DNA of 64,000 nt from Candidatus Kapaibacterium sp. GTDB lineage: Bacteria > Bacteroidota > Ignavibacteria > Kapaibacteriales > UBA2268. The position numbers were made by a program, and so were the translations under genes. How positions within the stretch are numbered: position 1 is the stretch's first letter; each line of letters begins with the position of its first letter. The notes below the pieces were generated by a model. That model searched no databases and was not told the DNA's origin. It saw only the letters and a program-made list of their open reading frames with translations. Positions 61,334 through 64,000 of this stretch are shown here, one piece after another. Location of the stretch: NCBI GenBank assembly GCA_963665665.1, contig OY762428.1, forward strand, positions 2,080,001 through 2,144,000, in the 5' to 3' direction.

Positions 61334-63767
61334 ATTTTATATCCTCCTTGTTAAAAGGTATTTTCAGCAGTATTTCAGTACCGTTTCCGGGACTGCTGAT
61401 AATGTTCACTTCAGCACCCATAAATTTAGCTCTTTCCCGGATACCAAGCAAGCCGAATGATTTGTTCTCGCCGATTGAATTTCCGTCAAATCCGACGCCG
61501 TTGTCCTTAATATCAAGAACGAGCACGCCATTAATGAATTTTAAATATAAATCTACCCTTGTAGCCTGGGAATGCCGTGAAACGTTAGTCAGTGTTTCCT
61601 GGAAAATCCTGAATACTGCCGTGGCAAAATCATCGTCCATTCTGGCTTCTTTCACTTCAAAATCCATAATACACCTGATGCCGGTGCGCCGCTGGAATTC
61701 AAAGCCGTGTTGTTCAAGGGCTGCAACCACTCCAAAGTGATCGAGAACTGAGGGGCGCAACTTGCCGGAAATGGATCGTACTTTTTTCACGGTAGTGTCT
61801 ATCAGCTCTTCCATGTTTTCAAAGCGTTCATGAAGTTTTGTCCTTTCGGGATCTATCTTTTCAGAAAGCCACCCGGCATCAAGCTTGATTGCAGTAAGCA
61901 GGTAGCCTAACTCATCATGAATTTCAAAAGCAATTTTCTTTCTTTCTTCCTCCCTCGCTATTTCAAGGTGAAATGCCCTGTTACGGAGTAGTTCGCGGGA
62001 TTTTTTCAGTTCAATTTCCACTTCCTTGCGGATGGTGATATCTCTTATAATTGCTATCAGCCCGACAAGCGAACCTTCTGAATCGGACATTATTTCCAGG
62101 GCCCATTCAATAGGAACGTTCCTGCGGGATTTTGTTTTTGTAACAAATTCTTTCGGAATGAGCGATTTATCCTCTTTCATCAGGTACATGAACCTGGAAA
62201 AATCTTCAAAACCGTCAGTTCCGGGCAGTGCATCAATGATATTTGAACCAAGAAGGTCCGGGCGTTTATATTCAAGTATCTTTGCAAAGGCGTCGTTCAG
62301 CTCGATTATCGTTCCGTCGGAATCAGTCAGTACAATGCCGTCAGGAGCCGTACCAACCAGGGTGCGGAATTTTTCCTCGCTCTTCCTGAGCGCTTCCTCC
62401 GAGAACATTTTTTGAGTAATATCTTCATAGATAACAACTACCTCGCCGGATGGAAGCTTATAAATATTAGTCTGCCGCCAACTGATAATACTGTTTTTTT
62501 CCTTTATAGTAATGGGCATTATCAGCGGTTTGTCATTACTCCATGTATTTCTTACATGATTAATAAGCTGTCCGATAAAACTGCCCTTTTCGAAATCATC
62601 GGTTGATTTGCCAATAATCTCATCTTTTTCAATCTTTTCGATTTTTTCCACCGAATCATTTATATTACTGATAAAGAAAGATTCAGCCATATTAGTTGTA
62701 GCAAAAACCATCACACCGCTACTCATGTGCGCAAACAGTCCCTTGAATCTTGCCTCGCTTTCCCTGAGAGCTTTTTCAGCCGTCACCGCCTCGGTTATAT
62801 CCCTGTCTATCAGGGAAACGCCGACTTTTTTCCCGGTAGCATCCACGAATGGGCAGATAGTTTGGGAAACATATATCAGCCTGCCATCTTTGCAAATCCT
62901 GGTGGTATCCAGCCTTTCAACAATTTCCTTACGGCTTACCCATTCCAGTTTTTCCAGCAGTTCGTTTCTCATATCAACCGGAACCAGGGTGGTAATGGAT
63001 TTTCCGATAATTTCCTGCGCTCTGTAGCCATAAGTCTGTTCGGCACCGGAATTCCAGCTTAAGATTGTACCGTCCCAGTGCACACCGAAAATAGCGTCAA
63101 TTGTAGATTCAACAATTGAAGTAAGAAGGTTCCATGTATGCTCTACCCTCATTCTGTTGGTAATATCACGCGCAATGGCAATGGCGCCGTAAATTTCGTT
63201 GCCTTTTTTCTTAAGAGGAACACCTATACCTTCCCAATAGCTGAAGTCGGTAGCTTCATCCTTGAACGGCTGGTAGGAAATTCCTTTCTTAATTTGCCTT
63301 AGTTCCATAGCCCAGTTGCAATAGGAATCAAGGAAGGTTCCTTCGTCGTAGCTGAAAGCCTGGCTTGCCCTGAATCCAATAGCATTCGGGCTTTTTTCCA
63401 GGGCTGCCTTGTTTGCCCAGCGAATCCTCATAGTACTATCCACCTGAACAATTATATCAGGAACGCCGTCCAGTACTGCCTGAAGTTCTGAACGCCCGCT
63501 GATAACCATCTTTTCTGCTTTTTCTCTTTTATTTTTTTGCTCTTCATATTCATTCCAACGTCTTGCTGAAAAAATCAAAAGGGTGATTGTCAGGAATATC
63601 ATTACCGGAAGAGCCTGAACCGGGTTAATAAAATTGAAAAGAAAGGAATAATCGATAAAAGTTGTGCTCCAATAAACAATGATGGAGAAAAAAATTGTTA
63701 TGCCTATATCCTTGAAGGTCTTGTTGTCCTTACGGCTAACCCAAATTTTATTAAACCAGTCTTTCAT
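61326..63767 (-). CDS. Membrane multi-PAS sensor histidine kinase (HisKA_3)
   Basis: 2 TM segments, PAS repeats, ERKKIAFEIHDELG, QETLTNV, DNGVGF and GLLGIRERA; start chosen at MKDWF. Confidence 0.9.
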   Translation of the reverse strand: MKDWFNKIWVSRKDNKTFKDIGITIFFSIIVYWSTTFIDYSFLFNFINPVQALPVMIFLTITLLIFSARRWNEYEEQKNKREKAEKMVISGRSELQAVLDGVPDIIVQVDSTMRIRWANKAALEKSPNAIGFRASQAFSYDEGTFLDSYCNWAMELRQIKKGISYQPFKDEATDFSYWEGIGVPLKKKGNEIYGAIAIARDITNRMRVEHTWNLLTSIVESTIDAIFGVHWDGTILSWNSGAEQTYGYRAQEIIGKSITTLVPVDMRNELLEKLEWVSRKEIVERLDTTRICKDGRLIYVSQTICPFVDATGKKVGVSLIDRDITEAVTAEKALRESEARFKGLFAHMSSGVMVFATTNMAESFFISNINDSVEKIEKIEKDEIIGKSTDDFEKGSFIGQLINHVRNTWSNDKPLIMPITIKEKNSIISWRQTNIYKLPSGEVVVIYEDITQKMFSEEALRKSEEKFRTLVGTAPDGIVLTDSDGTIIELNDAFAKILEYKRPDLLGSNIIDALPGTDGFEDFSRFMYLMKEDKSLIPKEFVTKTKSRRNVPIEWALEIMSDSEGSLVGLIAIIRDITIRKEVEIELKKSRELLRNRAFHLEIAREEERKKIAFEIHDELGYLLTAIKLDAGWLSEKIDPERTKLHERFENMEELIDTTVKKVRSISGKLRPSVLDHFGVVAALEQHGFEFQRRTGIRCIMDFEVKEARMDDDFATAVFRIFQETLTNVSRHSQATRVDLYLKFINGVLVLDIKDNGVGFDGNSIGENKSFGLLGIRERAKFMGAEVNIISSPGNGTEILLKIPFNKEDIKYD

Positions 63768-64000
63768 CGATAAACCCGGATATTTATACATACACCATAA
63801 TAGCAAATCGGAATGAAATTCGCAAATTCTCAGTAATTACAATATAATAAATATGTAGATATTTTCCGGAATATAGCTTAAGAATCCTAAATCATTTTCA
63901 ATAATGAGCGTTTTTTAGTAACTTTGTTACCTGGCAGTATTGTATGCGGTTTATCTGCTTTTATCTATTGCCTTTAAGTAAAAAACGTAAATTTTTAATA

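Noticed and set aside
1-64000. tRNA, rRNA, tmRNA, RNase P or SRP genes
   Set aside because: No diagnostic motifs recognised by eye; the boxA-like leader is not followed by 16S sequence.

Overview
64 kb bacterial window. Gene content suggests a Gram-negative Bacteroidota/Chlorobi-like lineage (inference, not verified). Five blocks. (1) 1-5.3 kb: same-strand toxin-antitoxin, nucleotidyltransferase and ORF6N mini-cassettes separated by mosaic palindromic repeats; the two ORF6N paralogues carry an intragenic palindrome with a compensatory change, and the palindrome recurs at another cassette junction. (2) 5.36-37.5 kb: very AT-rich surface-polysaccharide locus with an IS3 element, a coding VNTR and several deletion scars. 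(3) 37.5-39.9 kb: solo IstA-like HTH, near-consensus promoter with a boxA-like motif, a 21-bp hairpin array and a GC-rich helical+FN3 gene. (4) 39.9-44.1 kb: three arrays (19 full cores plus 1 partial) of a 9-nt-periodic self-complementary repeat flanking a GxxExxY nuclease-fold gene and a broken glycosyltransferase. (5) 44.2-64 kb: mostly ordinary genes (EamA, thyX, GNAT TA pair, ECF sigma with beta-barrels, ferredoxin reductase, NarL-type two-component pair). Best candidates for undescribed systems: the GxxExxY repeat arrays and the ORF6N palindrome/cassette array. All family calls are from motif recognition, without database searches.
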